Shown: one piece after another, positions 8,838 through 16,785 of the stretch | How positions within the stretch are numbered: the stretch's first letter is position 1 | Layout: each line of letters begins with the position of its first letter | From: an uncultured Thermotogae bacterium | GTDB lineage: Bacteria; Bipolaricaulota; Bipolaricaulia; UBA7950; UBA9294 | Assembly (NCBI GenBank): GCA_964447445.1 | Contig: CAYUSW010000007.1 | Location: forward strand, 1-63,804 | DNA length: 63,804 nucleotides | Direction: 5' to 3' | Notes under the pieces: model-generated | The model's database searches: none | Told to the model about the DNA's origin: nothing | The model's input: only the letters and a program-made list of their open reading frames with translations | Translations under genes and position numbers: made by a program

Positions 8838-9236
8838 ATGAGTGACTCGAAGGCGTGGATCAGGGACATCGTGGCTTCTCTCGAAGGCGAGACCGAAGCC
8901 GAGACCTGCCGGCGCGTGCTCGAGCCCTGCGGCCGGCGGTGCTTTCCCGCGTCGCTCGGCAAAGAGGTCCGGACGATGTGGGAGGTGTCCACGACGGCGC
9001 GCGCGTTTCTCGATCGCCTCCAGAAGGCCTCTCCTCACGTCACGATCGTCGGCGAGGAGGAGATCCACGTCGTCTATCCGAAATGCCACTGCTCGGTCGG
9101 TTGGGCGAAAGAACTCTTCCGCCAGGCGACGGGCCGCGATGTAGATGTCGTGGCTCTCACGACGATCATCCGCGGCGGAACGGGGTGTCGGTTCCGAGTC
9201 GACCTCGGCATCGCGCTCGATGCACCGTTGCGCTAG
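8838..9236 (+). CDS. Hypothetical Cys-containing protein
   Basis: 132-aa ORF with coding-like composition. Cys residues lie in EPCGRRC, PKCHC and GCRF. No family recognised. Confidence 0.5.
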   Translation: MSDSKAWIRDIVASLEGETEAETCRRVLEPCGRRCFPASLGKEVRTMWEVSTTARAFLDRLQKASPHVTIVGEEEIHVVYPKCHCSVGWAKELFRQATGRDVDVVALTTIIRGGTGCRFRVDLGIALDAPLR

Positions 9237-9892
9237 TCGGCCCACCGCGCAACGACGCCGAGAAGCTCAGCAAACGACGCGATGGTTGCGTCCGCGGTCT
9301 CGAGTTCTCCGTCGCGCGCGTACCCGTAGAGGGCTCCTACCATGCGGCAGCCGTTAGCCCTCGCAGCCTCGACATCGTGATATCGGTCGCCCACCATGAT
9401 CGGGCGGGGGGACTGGAACTCGCGGATGAGGTCTCCGACCCTCTCGGACTTCGACCGACCGCCGATTTCGAGCGTGCTCAGGCGCTCAAACAGGGAGAGG
9501 ATTCTCCCGCGTCCGAGCACGGCATCGACGTAGCGCCGGTCGCCGTTCGTGCAGAGAGCGAGGAGGCAGCCTCGCCGGCGCAGCTCGCCCAACGTCTCCG
9601 GCACGCCGCTGTAGAGCTCGCCATGCGAGCGGATGGCCTCCATCTCCGCGCGCCCGATCTCATCCTGCAACTCGTCTCGCTCGGCGCCGAATCCCTGCCC
9701 GGCGAGCCAGTCGAGAAACGTCGCGAAGGTCTCGCCGACCATGCCAAGGATCGCACCGTCTCCCGGATACGGCAGACGGTGCCGAGAGTACACGCCCCGC
9801 ATGGTCCGCACGAACGACGACTCCGTCCGGTACAGGGTCCCATCGAGGTCGAAGATCAGGAGTGGCGCGGCGAGGGTCGGTTGACTCATCAT
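9233..9892 (-). CDS. HAD-superfamily hydrolase (phosphoglycolate-phosphatase-like)
   Basis: Motif I LIFDLDGTL, motif II LCTNG, motif III/IV MVGDRYHDVEAARANG. Confidence 0.85.
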   Translation of the reverse strand: MMSQPTLAAPLLIFDLDGTLYRTESSFVRTMRGVYSRHRLPYPGDGAILGMVGETFATFLDWLAGQGFGAERDELQDEIGRAEMEAIRSHGELYSGVPETLGELRRRGCLLALCTNGDRRYVDAVLGRGRILSLFERLSTLEIGGRSKSERVGDLIREFQSPRPIMVGDRYHDVEAARANGCRMVGALYGYARDGELETADATIASFAELLGVVARWAD

Positions 9893-9996
9893 CGGTCCTG
9901 ACAGTAGCGCGGGGCGCTTCCCGGCTCAACGTTGCCGCCGGATCTCGGCCTTGAACCGGACGCCCGACCCCAGCGACTCACCGGCGGAGGGATCCC

Positions 9997-11307
9997 ATGC
10001 TGAGATGTGGCACTCCATGGCGGGCAGACCGATGGCGAGGACGGTTCTTCACGATCTGGACAGGGCAAGCGCTGTCGCTCTTTGGAAGCCAGCTCGTGCA
10101 GTTCGCCCTCGTATGGTGGCTTACGGAGAAGACGGGATCCGGCGTCGTTCTTACCATGGCAACGCTGGCAGCTGTCCTACCGCAGGTCATCCTGGGACCC
10201 TTCGTTGGGACCCTCATCGATCGATGGGACCGGCGACTCACGATGATCGTCGCCGACGGCGCCATGGCGGCGGCGACCCTGGGCCTCGCGCTGTTGTTCG
10301 CATTCGGCCTTGCGCGGGTCGAGCATGTCTACGTCGTCCTGTTTGTGCGGTCGATCGGAGGCGGCTTTCATTGGCCCGCGATGCGGGCCTCGACGACGCT
10401 CATGGTTCCGGAGGCTCAGTTCGGCCGGATCTCCGGGCTCAATCAGGCGCTCTACGGAGCCATGTCCATCGTAGCTCCGGCCGCCGGGGCAGCTCTCCTC
10501 GTCCTGACGCCACTCCAGGCGATTCTCGCCGTCGATGTCACGACGGCCCTCCTAGCGATCTTACCCCTCCTGGCCTTCCGGATTCCGAACGTCGAGGTGC
10601 CGGTGGGAGCTGCCCGGACGTTCGCACGAGATCTCGCCGAAGGGCTCCGCTTCGTCGCCTCGTGGCGGGGCCTCCTCGCCGTGGCTGCCATCGCTGCGTT
10701 GCTCAACTTCTTCATGGCGCCTGCCGTCTCTCTCCTGCCCCTGCTCGTTGCTGAGCGCTTCCACGGGACGGCGACGCACTTCGCCGTGGCCAACATGGCG
10801 TTTGGCGTCGGCGTCGTGGTCGGCGGAGCGATCTTGGTGGCGTGGGGCGGATTCCGCCGGCGCATGGCGACGTCGCTCGTTGGCATCGTCTGCCTAGGAG
10901 GCTTCACGCTCGCCGTCGGTCTGACGCCCCCGGGCCTCTTCGCCGTGGCGGCCGTCGCGATGGGGCTTTCCGGGATCATGCAATCCATGGCCAACGGTCC
11001 GCTCGGCGCCGCTCTCCAGGCGAGTGTCCCGCCTGAGCTGCAAGGGCGCGTGTTCACGCTCGTTTCCGCTGGCGCCGCCGCCATGATGCCGGTCGGCCTC
11101 GCTCTCGCCGGCCCGCTCTCTGACCTCGTGGGCGCCAACGTCTGGTTTGTCGTTGGTGGAGCCGCCTGCATGCTCCTCGGCGTCGCGGGGCTGTTCACTC
11201 CTGCGATCCTGAGCCTTGAGGAGCAGGGGGCGGAGCTTGCCGGCCGGCGCCAGGCGGCCACGGCAGACAGCTCCGCGGGGCCGCACGCTGAACCCGAACG
11301 CCGCTAA
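9997..11307 (+). CDS. MFS transporter (EntS / macrolide-efflux-like subfamily)
   Basis: About 12 hydrophobic segments. The N-terminal FFTIWTGQALSLFGSQLVQFALVWWL and DRWDRR loop motif are typical of this MFS subfamily. Confidence 0.8.
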   Translation: MLRCGTPWRADRWRGRFFTIWTGQALSLFGSQLVQFALVWWLTEKTGSGVVLTMATLAAVLPQVILGPFVGTLIDRWDRRLTMIVADGAMAAATLGLALLFAFGLARVEHVYVVLFVRSIGGGFHWPAMRASTTLMVPEAQFGRISGLNQALYGAMSIVAPAAGAALLVLTPLQAILAVDVTTALLAILPLLAFRIPNVEVPVGAARTFARDLAEGLRFVASWRGLLAVAAIAALLNFFMAPAVSLLPLLVAERFHGTATHFAVANMAFGVGVVVGGAILVAWGGFRRRMATSLVGIVCLGGFTLAVGLTPPGLFAVAAVAMGLSGIMQSMANGPLGAALQASVPPELQGRVFTLVSAGAAAMMPVGLALAGPLSDLVGANVWFVVGGAACMLLGVAGLFTPAILSLEEQGAELAGRRQAATADSSAGPHAEPERR

Positions 11308-11379
11308 AGAGCACGTATCTGCGCAGGCTGCTGCGGACATGCATGCGGGCGCTGGGCCCGCGAAGGAAGAGGAGGAGCC

Positions 11380-12213
11380 ATGGTCGCGGACATTCGGGAT
11401 GTCGGGAACCTCGTTCGGGAGGAGCGATCGGTCGAGCCGTTTGATCGCGTGTCGCTGGATGGAGTCGGTCACGCCGACGTCCATGAGGGCGATGGGGACC
11501 ACCTTGTCGTCGAAGCCCCGGAGCACCTGATGCGTCATGTTGAGACGTACGTGGACCGGGGGACGCTTGTGCTCCGCTTGCACCGACCAGGGTTCGGCGC
11601 TCGCCTCTCTGGCGAGTCCGTCCACTACGAGATCACGATGCGAAACATTCGTGGTCTAGGCATCGACGGAAGTGGAAGCATCCGCGCGCCGCGCGCGGCC
11701 GGTGAATCCCTCGACGCAAGCATCGACGGCGCCGGAACCATCGAGATCATCGACGTCGATGTCCGCGGACTCGCACTCGGCATCGACGGATGCGGGCGCC
11801 TGTCGATCGAGCGGGCGAAGGTCGACGAAGTCGACTGCAGCATCGACGGTTCGGGGACCATCAGTCTCGGTCACGTGGGGGCGCGCCAGGTGAGCGTGGC
11901 GATCGACGGGCAGGGGCGGCTCGAAGCGCACGGCGAGGCGGAGTCCGTGGCTGTTGCGATTGATGGCGCCGGGAGCGTTCTCGTCGGGGATCTTCGGGCT
12001 CGCACCGTCAGGGTGTCGATCGACGGAGTCGGCAAGGTCGTGGCGTGGGCGGAGGAGTCGCTCGATGCGAGGATCGACGGCTATGGGAGGGTCGAGTACG
12101 CCGGAACGCCTTCGGTCGTGCGCCAACGCGTCGAAGGGACCGGCCGCGTTGTGCGCGTGGCGAACCCTGAGGACGTCCAGCAGACTACGGAGTCTGCTCG
12201 CATCGTGGGGTGA
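11380..12213 (+). CDS. DUF2807-like beta-helical 'putative adhesin head' protein
   Basis: Eight IDGxG(S/T/R/K)(I/L/V) repeats (IDGSGSI, IDGAGTI, IDGCGRL, IDGSGTI, IDGQGRL, IDGAGSV, IDGVGKV, IDGYGRV). No obvious signal peptide. Confidence 0.7.
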   Translation: MVADIRDVGNLVREERSVEPFDRVSLDGVGHADVHEGDGDHLVVEAPEHLMRHVETYVDRGTLVLRLHRPGFGARLSGESVHYEITMRNIRGLGIDGSGSIRAPRAAGESLDASIDGAGTIEIIDVDVRGLALGIDGCGRLSIERAKVDEVDCSIDGSGTISLGHVGARQVSVAIDGQGRLEAHGEAESVAVAIDGAGSVLVGDLRARTVRVSIDGVGKVVAWAEESLDARIDGYGRVEYAGTPSVVRQRVEGTGRVVRVANPEDVQQTTESARIVG

Positions 12214-12276
12214 CAAACAAGAACGCGGTGGCGCCCTCCGTGGCGCGAGCGTCCTATAATGTCACGGAGGTGTGCC

Positions 12277-13158
12277 ATGAACCGACGCGTCTCGATCTTG
12301 GTTGCGGGCTTCCTTCTCGTGTCGGCCGTTGCTGTGTCCGGCGCGTGGAAGGAGGCGCGATGGAGCTCCGACCTGGCCCTCGATCCAAAGACGGGCTCCC
12401 CTGCGGTCTACTTCAACGTGGTCCTCGAGTACGAAGCTCGTCCCGAGACGGCCGTTCTGTCCATCTCTTGGTCGCTCTACGCGCTCGCCGATGGGCGTGA
12501 GGTACCCGTCGACTCTCTGGCCCAGGCAAGGACGGTGACTCCCGGCCCCAGCAAGCTCTACCTCATGTCGCCCCCTCTGCCGGTGGAACCCGGAAAGACG
12601 TACGGCGCCCACCTGGTCGTGCAGGATTCCGCGAACAGCCTTACGCATCGGCGGGACTTCCGCTACCTGTCGCCTCTGGTCGTCCCGATCGGGCTGCGCC
12701 TCGAGGGCTGGGACGGGTCGACCGCCGTCGACCTCACGGGCGTTCCGGACGAAGAACTCGAGGATCTGGTCACGATCTACAACCATCTGAAGGCATACGA
12801 GCAGACCGCGTCGGAGCAGACTCTCGATGCGTTCCTCGTTGCGCCGCTCCCACCCGAGCAGGCCTATCCCAAGGTCGTGATGCTGATCCCGACTGCCGGT
12901 CTGACGACGAACTACGGCGGAGCTCAGGGCGTCAAGCTGACGGTAGGCCAGTACTTCGTGCTGTACGTCGTACCGTCGTCCGACGCGGTGTCCGCGCTGC
13001 GCGCCCAGGTGGCCCAGTTCGACCAGCCGATCAAGGGCGCTGCCTACGTTGGAAGCGGAGATCTAGGGGTCCTGACCGCGACGCACGCGTTTGTGGACAA
13101 GACAGCGTGGGCCATCCTGCAGGCTGCCTCGGCAGAGTGGACGAAGAGAACGAAGTGA
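12277..13158 (+). CDS. Hypothetical secreted protein
   Basis: ATG at 12277 lies 7 nt after GGAGG. Signal peptide MNRRVSILVAGFLLVSAVAVSGA. No family recognised. Confidence 0.55.
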   Translation: MNRRVSILVAGFLLVSAVAVSGAWKEARWSSDLALDPKTGSPAVYFNVVLEYEARPETAVLSISWSLYALADGREVPVDSLAQARTVTPGPSKLYLMSPPLPVEPGKTYGAHLVVQDSANSLTHRRDFRYLSPLVVPIGLRLEGWDGSTAVDLTGVPDEELEDLVTIYNHLKAYEQTASEQTLDAFLVAPLPPEQAYPKVVMLIPTAGLTTNYGGAQGVKLTVGQYFVLYVVPSSDAVSALRAQVAQFDQPIKGAAYVGSGDLGVLTATHAFVDKTAWAILQAASAEWTKRTK

Positions 13159-13162
13159 CGCG

Positions 13163-13645
13163 CTAGGCGTTGGGCGCGTTCTTCGTCCCATCGTGCAACA
13201 GCCAGATCAGAAGAGACAGCGGGTCGCCGCCGTCGGGGATGCGTTGCCACGTCTTCCCGTTGTCATACACGTCGCGCAGCGGGCCGGACTCGTCGATGAC
13301 TACTCCGGCGGCGTCGAGGAGCCGGATCACGAGCACGTCGTCGTTGCGCAGTCGGAGACCCTCGTAGGCGAATACGGTTCGTTGCCCCGGCCGCAACGTG
13401 AGGCTTGCAGTCGAGATGACGACCGCGCCGTCGATCGGGTAGTCGTACGTAAGCGACCATCCAGCAAGGTCGACAGTCGTCGTTCCTACGTTGAGAAGCT
13501 CGACCCACTCCGCGCCTCGATCCAACCCGTCGGGGTTCACTTCGACCTCGTTAATGACGATCGTCCGGACGGGGACCTCCGTCGCGCCCGCGACGAGAAT
13601 CCAAAGGAGGACCATCCCCAGACCGATGATTCCGCGCTTCGCCAT
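13163..13645 (-). CDS. Lamin-tail-domain (LTD) protein, secreted or membrane-anchored
   Basis: N-terminal hydrophobic segment, then VINEVEVNPDGLDRGAEWVELLNVGTTTVDLAGWSL, which is the characteristic LTD opening motif. Confidence 0.7.
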   Translation of the reverse strand: MAKRGIIGLGMVLLWILVAGATEVPVRTIVINEVEVNPDGLDRGAEWVELLNVGTTTVDLAGWSLTYDYPIDGAVVISTASLTLRPGQRTVFAYEGLRLRNDDVLVIRLLDAAGVVIDESGPLRDVYDNGKTWQRIPDGGDPLSLLIWLLHDGTKNAPNA

Positions 13646-13671
13646 CTTCCGCCTCCTCTCGATCCCGAACC

Positions 13672-14397
13672 CTACTCGACGGGGTTCCGGAGAATCCCGA
13701 TCCCGTCGATCTCTACCTCTACGACATCGCCGCGCGACAGGCGGCCAACACCCTCAGGAGTCCCGGTGGCCACAACGTCGCCCGGCTCAAGCGTCATGAA
13801 CGATGTGATCTCTTCGATGAGAAGCGGAATCGGGAAGATGAACGCGCTCGTCCACCCGTCCTGCTTCAGATCTCCGTTGAGCCGCAACCGGACGTGAAAT
13901 GGTTCTTCGACTTCGTCCGGCGTCACGAGAACCGGGCCGAGCGGCGCCGACGAGTCAAAACCCTTGGCGCGCACCCAGTTCTTCTCCCACTTCTGCGCCA
14001 CTCGGTCCGACACATCATTGAGGCAGGTGTACCCCAGGATAACGTCGGTCGCCCGAGCCGCACTCACGCGACGACAGCGCTTCCCGATCACGACGGCGAG
14101 CTCCGCCTCGTAGTGCACGTCTTCGCTTTGTGGTAGAACAATCGGGTCGCCGGGTCCTACGACCGCGGACGGTGGCTTGAAGAAGAGGAGGGGCCTCTCC
14201 GGAACTTCATTGCCCAACTCGGCGGCGTGAGCGGCGTAGTTGCGGCCGACGCAAACAAGCTTTGACGGGACGCAGGGCGCTGCGAGGCGGACCGATACGA
14301 GCGGATAGCGCCGTCCTCCAGATCGCACGACATCGCCCTCGAGGACCCCGTCTCGTACGTCGTCCTCGCCCGGTCGCCGAAACCTGACTCGTCTCAT
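13672..14397 (-). CDS. Fumarylacetoacetate hydrolase (FAH) family protein
   Basis: GRNYAAHAAELG, LFFKPPSAVVGPGDPIVLP, HYEAELAVVIGK and PGDVVATGTPEGVG are hallmark FAH-family blocks. Confidence 0.85.
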   Translation of the reverse strand: MRRVRFRRPGEDDVRDGVLEGDVVRSGGRRYPLVSVRLAAPCVPSKLVCVGRNYAAHAAELGNEVPERPLLFFKPPSAVVGPGDPIVLPQSEDVHYEAELAVVIGKRCRRVSAARATDVILGYTCLNDVSDRVAQKWEKNWVRAKGFDSSAPLGPVLVTPDEVEEPFHVRLRLNGDLKQDGWTSAFIFPIPLLIEEITSFMTLEPGDVVATGTPEGVGRLSRGDVVEVEIDGIGILRNPVE

Positions 14398-14504
14398 GCC
14401 TCCTCCTTGGCCTTCCTACCGTACTCGGACGGTGGCGGCTCGTCAACGTGTGATGCTGATCCTGTCTTGACGCGCGCTCTGCCCTCGGATACGCTCGCCG
14501 GACC

Positions 14505-14972
14505 ATGGCCTATGCTGCGTTTGCCGTTCTCGCGGCGCTCCTCTTTGCGTTCGATCGAGTCACCAAGGCATGGGTTACGCAGACCCTCGCGGTTGGGGAT
14601 CCGCAGCCCCTGCTCGGCAACGTGATTCGCCTCACGCGCGTGCATAACCCTGGCGGGGCCTTCGGACTGCTGGCGGAGCGTCCGATCCTGTTCATCGTGG
14701 TATCGTTCGTCATCGCGATCGCCGTGTTGGTGGCCTTTCTTGTCCTGCGTGGCCGCCGCCCCGTGCTACGGCTTGCGCTTGTCTTCGTGTTCGTGGGCGC
14801 CGTCGGGAACCTCATCGATCGCCTTAGCGTCGGCTACGTAGTCGACTTCTTCGAGATCGTGGGCTTCCCGGTGTTCAACGTTGCGGACTCCTGCATCACG
14901 CTCGGCGCGGTCCTCATCATCGTCTACGCTCTCGTCGGAGGTGGGCACCCATCGACCTCTCCGGAAAACTGA
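14505..14972 (+). CDS. lspA: Lipoprotein signal peptidase II
   Basis: 155 aa with four TM segments. VHNPGGAFG, GNLIDR and FNVADS are the conserved LspA motifs. Confidence 0.9.
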   Translation: MAYAAFAVLAALLFAFDRVTKAWVTQTLAVGDPQPLLGNVIRLTRVHNPGGAFGLLAERPILFIVVSFVIAIAVLVAFLVLRGRRPVLRLALVFVFVGAVGNLIDRLSVGYVVDFFEIVGFPVFNVADSCITLGAVLIIVYALVGGGHPSTSPEN

Positions 14973-15562
14973 TCGTCTTCGAGGGGCTGGACTTCACCGG
15001 AAAGTCGACTCAGGTTGCGCTGCTCGGCAGTCGCCTGCGCCAGGCAGGGCACGAGGTCGTCCTCACGGGCGAGCCCGGTGGCACCGAGATTGGCACCAGC
15101 ATCCGCCGCATGCTGTTGTCGCCCGCATACCGCGACAGCCTCACACCCCTCTCAGAGTTGCTGCTGTTCATGACAAGTCGAGCCCAGCACGTGAGCCAGG
15201 TCGTCCTCCCCGCACTCCAGGCCGGGAGGACCGTCGTGTCGAGCCGATATCGCCTGTCGAGTCTCGCGTACCAGGGATACGGGCGCGGGCTTGATCTCGA
15301 TCTCATCCGGCAACTCAACGATGCGACGACGCGCGGCCTTGAAGCCGACATCACGATTCTGATCGATGCCCCGGCGGGCGTCGTCCTTGCGCGCAAGCGC
15401 GGGCGCGGCGACCGCATCGAGGCTGAGACGGTCGAGTTCTACGAGCGGGTGAGACGCGGATTCCTCGAACTTACGGAGGGAGACCCGCGCGTCCATCGCG
15501 TCGACGGCGGCCTTCCCGTCGAGGCGATTGCCGAAGACATTGCCCGTCGGCTTTGCCTCTAG
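14951..15562 (+). CDS. tmk: Thymidylate kinase (non-canonical start)
   Basis: The frame encodes LIVFEGLDFTGKSTQ (P-loop), LTGEPGGT and SSRYRLSSLAYQG. The first ATG/GTG/TTG in frame is only at 15110, downstream of the P-loop. Candidate starts are ATC at 14951, which lies 9 nt after GGAGG, or CTG at 14969, which forms a CTGA overlap with the lspA stop. Confidence 0.8.
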   Translation: MDLSGKLIVFEGLDFTGKSTQVALLGSRLRQAGHEVVLTGEPGGTEIGTSIRRMLLSPAYRDSLTPLSELLLFMTSRAQHVSQVVLPALQAGRTVVSSRYRLSSLAYQGYGRGLDLDLIRQLNDATTRGLEADITILIDAPAGVVLARKRGRGDRIEAETVEFYERVRRGFLELTEGDPRVHRVDGGLPVEAIAEDIARRLCL

Positions 15563-15630
15563 CTTTTGTCCCCCTACAAACCGATCGAGTATCATGCCTC
15601 CGGGTCGGCATACGACAAGGGAGGTCACGG

Positions 15631-16785
15631 ATGGACTTCGTCTGCGCGAAGAGTGACTTGGTTCTGGGGGTGAGACTCGCGAGCTATGCTCTCGGCACGC
15701 GAAGCAGCATGCCCATCCTCGCGGGCCTCAAGATGGAAATCGTAGGCTCGCACCTCTCACTGCAGGCTACCGATCTCGAGCGCGCTGTCCGGTGCGAGAT
15801 CCCGATCGAGAACAGGGGCGGCGATGAGGCCGCGGTGTTAAATGGCGCCATCCTGAACCAGATCGCGACGCATCTTCCCGCAGACGACAAGATCACGTTC
15901 CGCACGGACGAGGGGAAGGGAAACACGGTTGCCCTACGCTGCGGCGAGGCTCTGTTCGACCTGCCTACCCTCCCCGTTCAGGACTACCCCGAGGTTGCCG
16001 TGCTGCCTGCGACGAAGATCGCCACGATCAACGCTGTCGACTTCCACCACGGGCTCGAACACACGGCGTTTGCCGCGCTGAAGGCAGGCGAGACCACGCG
16101 GATGAGTCTGACGGGCGTCGACCTCGTGCTGAAGGGCGACCAGCTGCGCATGGTGGCGACGAACGGCTATCGGCTGGCCGTGAAGACGATCCACGTCGCG
16201 GAGTGCGAAGAAGAAGGCGAGTACTTGGTTGAGGCGAGCGCCCTCACGGATTTGGACCGAGTTCTAGCCCAGATCGACTCCCCCACTCTGGAACTCCGCC
16301 GCGGCGAGGGCCAGCTCTTCTTCCACGCCGGCTCGGTCACGTTCACGGCTCGGACCATCGGCGAGGAGTTTCCTGACTTCGAGCGCGTGATCCCACGCGA
16401 CAACCCGATCTCGCTCACGTTCGAGCGGCGCGCACTACTCGAAACGCTGCAGCGCATCCAGATTACAGCTGCGGAAGACTCGGGCGCCATCACAGTGGTA
16501 GCGGGGACGGACGAGGCGGCGGTGCGCATCCGCTCGTCATCCAAGGACAAGGGCGAAGCTGAGGAGCGTGTTCGCCTCAAGAAGACTCCCCAGAAACCCA
16601 TTGAGATCTCCTTCCGAGCCGAGTACATCATCGACGTTCTGAAGCGTCTTGCCTCGGACACGGTCACGATCTGGCTTGCCGACGGCCGCAAGGCGGGACT
16701 CATCGAGCCGGCGGCGGAGCCGGTTCCTCCGGCCGACCTGGGCTTCCTCTACGTCTGCATGCCGGTTCTCTTGCCGACCTCCTAG
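15631..16785 (+). CDS. dnaN: DNA polymerase III beta sliding clamp
   Basis: ATG at 15631 after GGGAGG. About 385 aa, with the MxF...L beta-clamp opening, LRMVATNGYRLA in the middle, and the typical C-terminal YVCMPVLL ending. Confidence 0.85.
   Translation: MDFVCAKSDLVLGVRLASYALGTRSSMPILAGLKMEIVGSHLSLQATDLERAVRCEIPIENRGGDEAAVLNGAILNQIATHLPADDKITFRTDEGKGNTVALRCGEALFDLPTLPVQDYPEVAVLPATKIATINAVDFHHGLEHTAFAALKAGETTRMSLTGVDLVLKGDQLRMVATNGYRLAVKTIHVAECEEEGEYLVEASALTDLDRVLAQIDSPTLELRRGEGQLFFHAGSVTFTARTIGEEFPDFERVIPRDNPISLTFERRALLETLQRIQITAAEDSGAITVVAGTDEAAVRIRSSSKDKGEAEERVRLKKTPQKPIEISFRAEYIIDVLKRLASDTVTIWLADGRKAGLIEPAAEPVPPADLGFLYVCMPVLLPTS

Noticed and set aside
7992-9245. 417-aa minus-strand ORF spanning three plus-strand genes
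   Set aside because: It crosses two intergenic regions and is antisense to genes with clear family motifs. Its composition is Arg-rich and non-protein-like.
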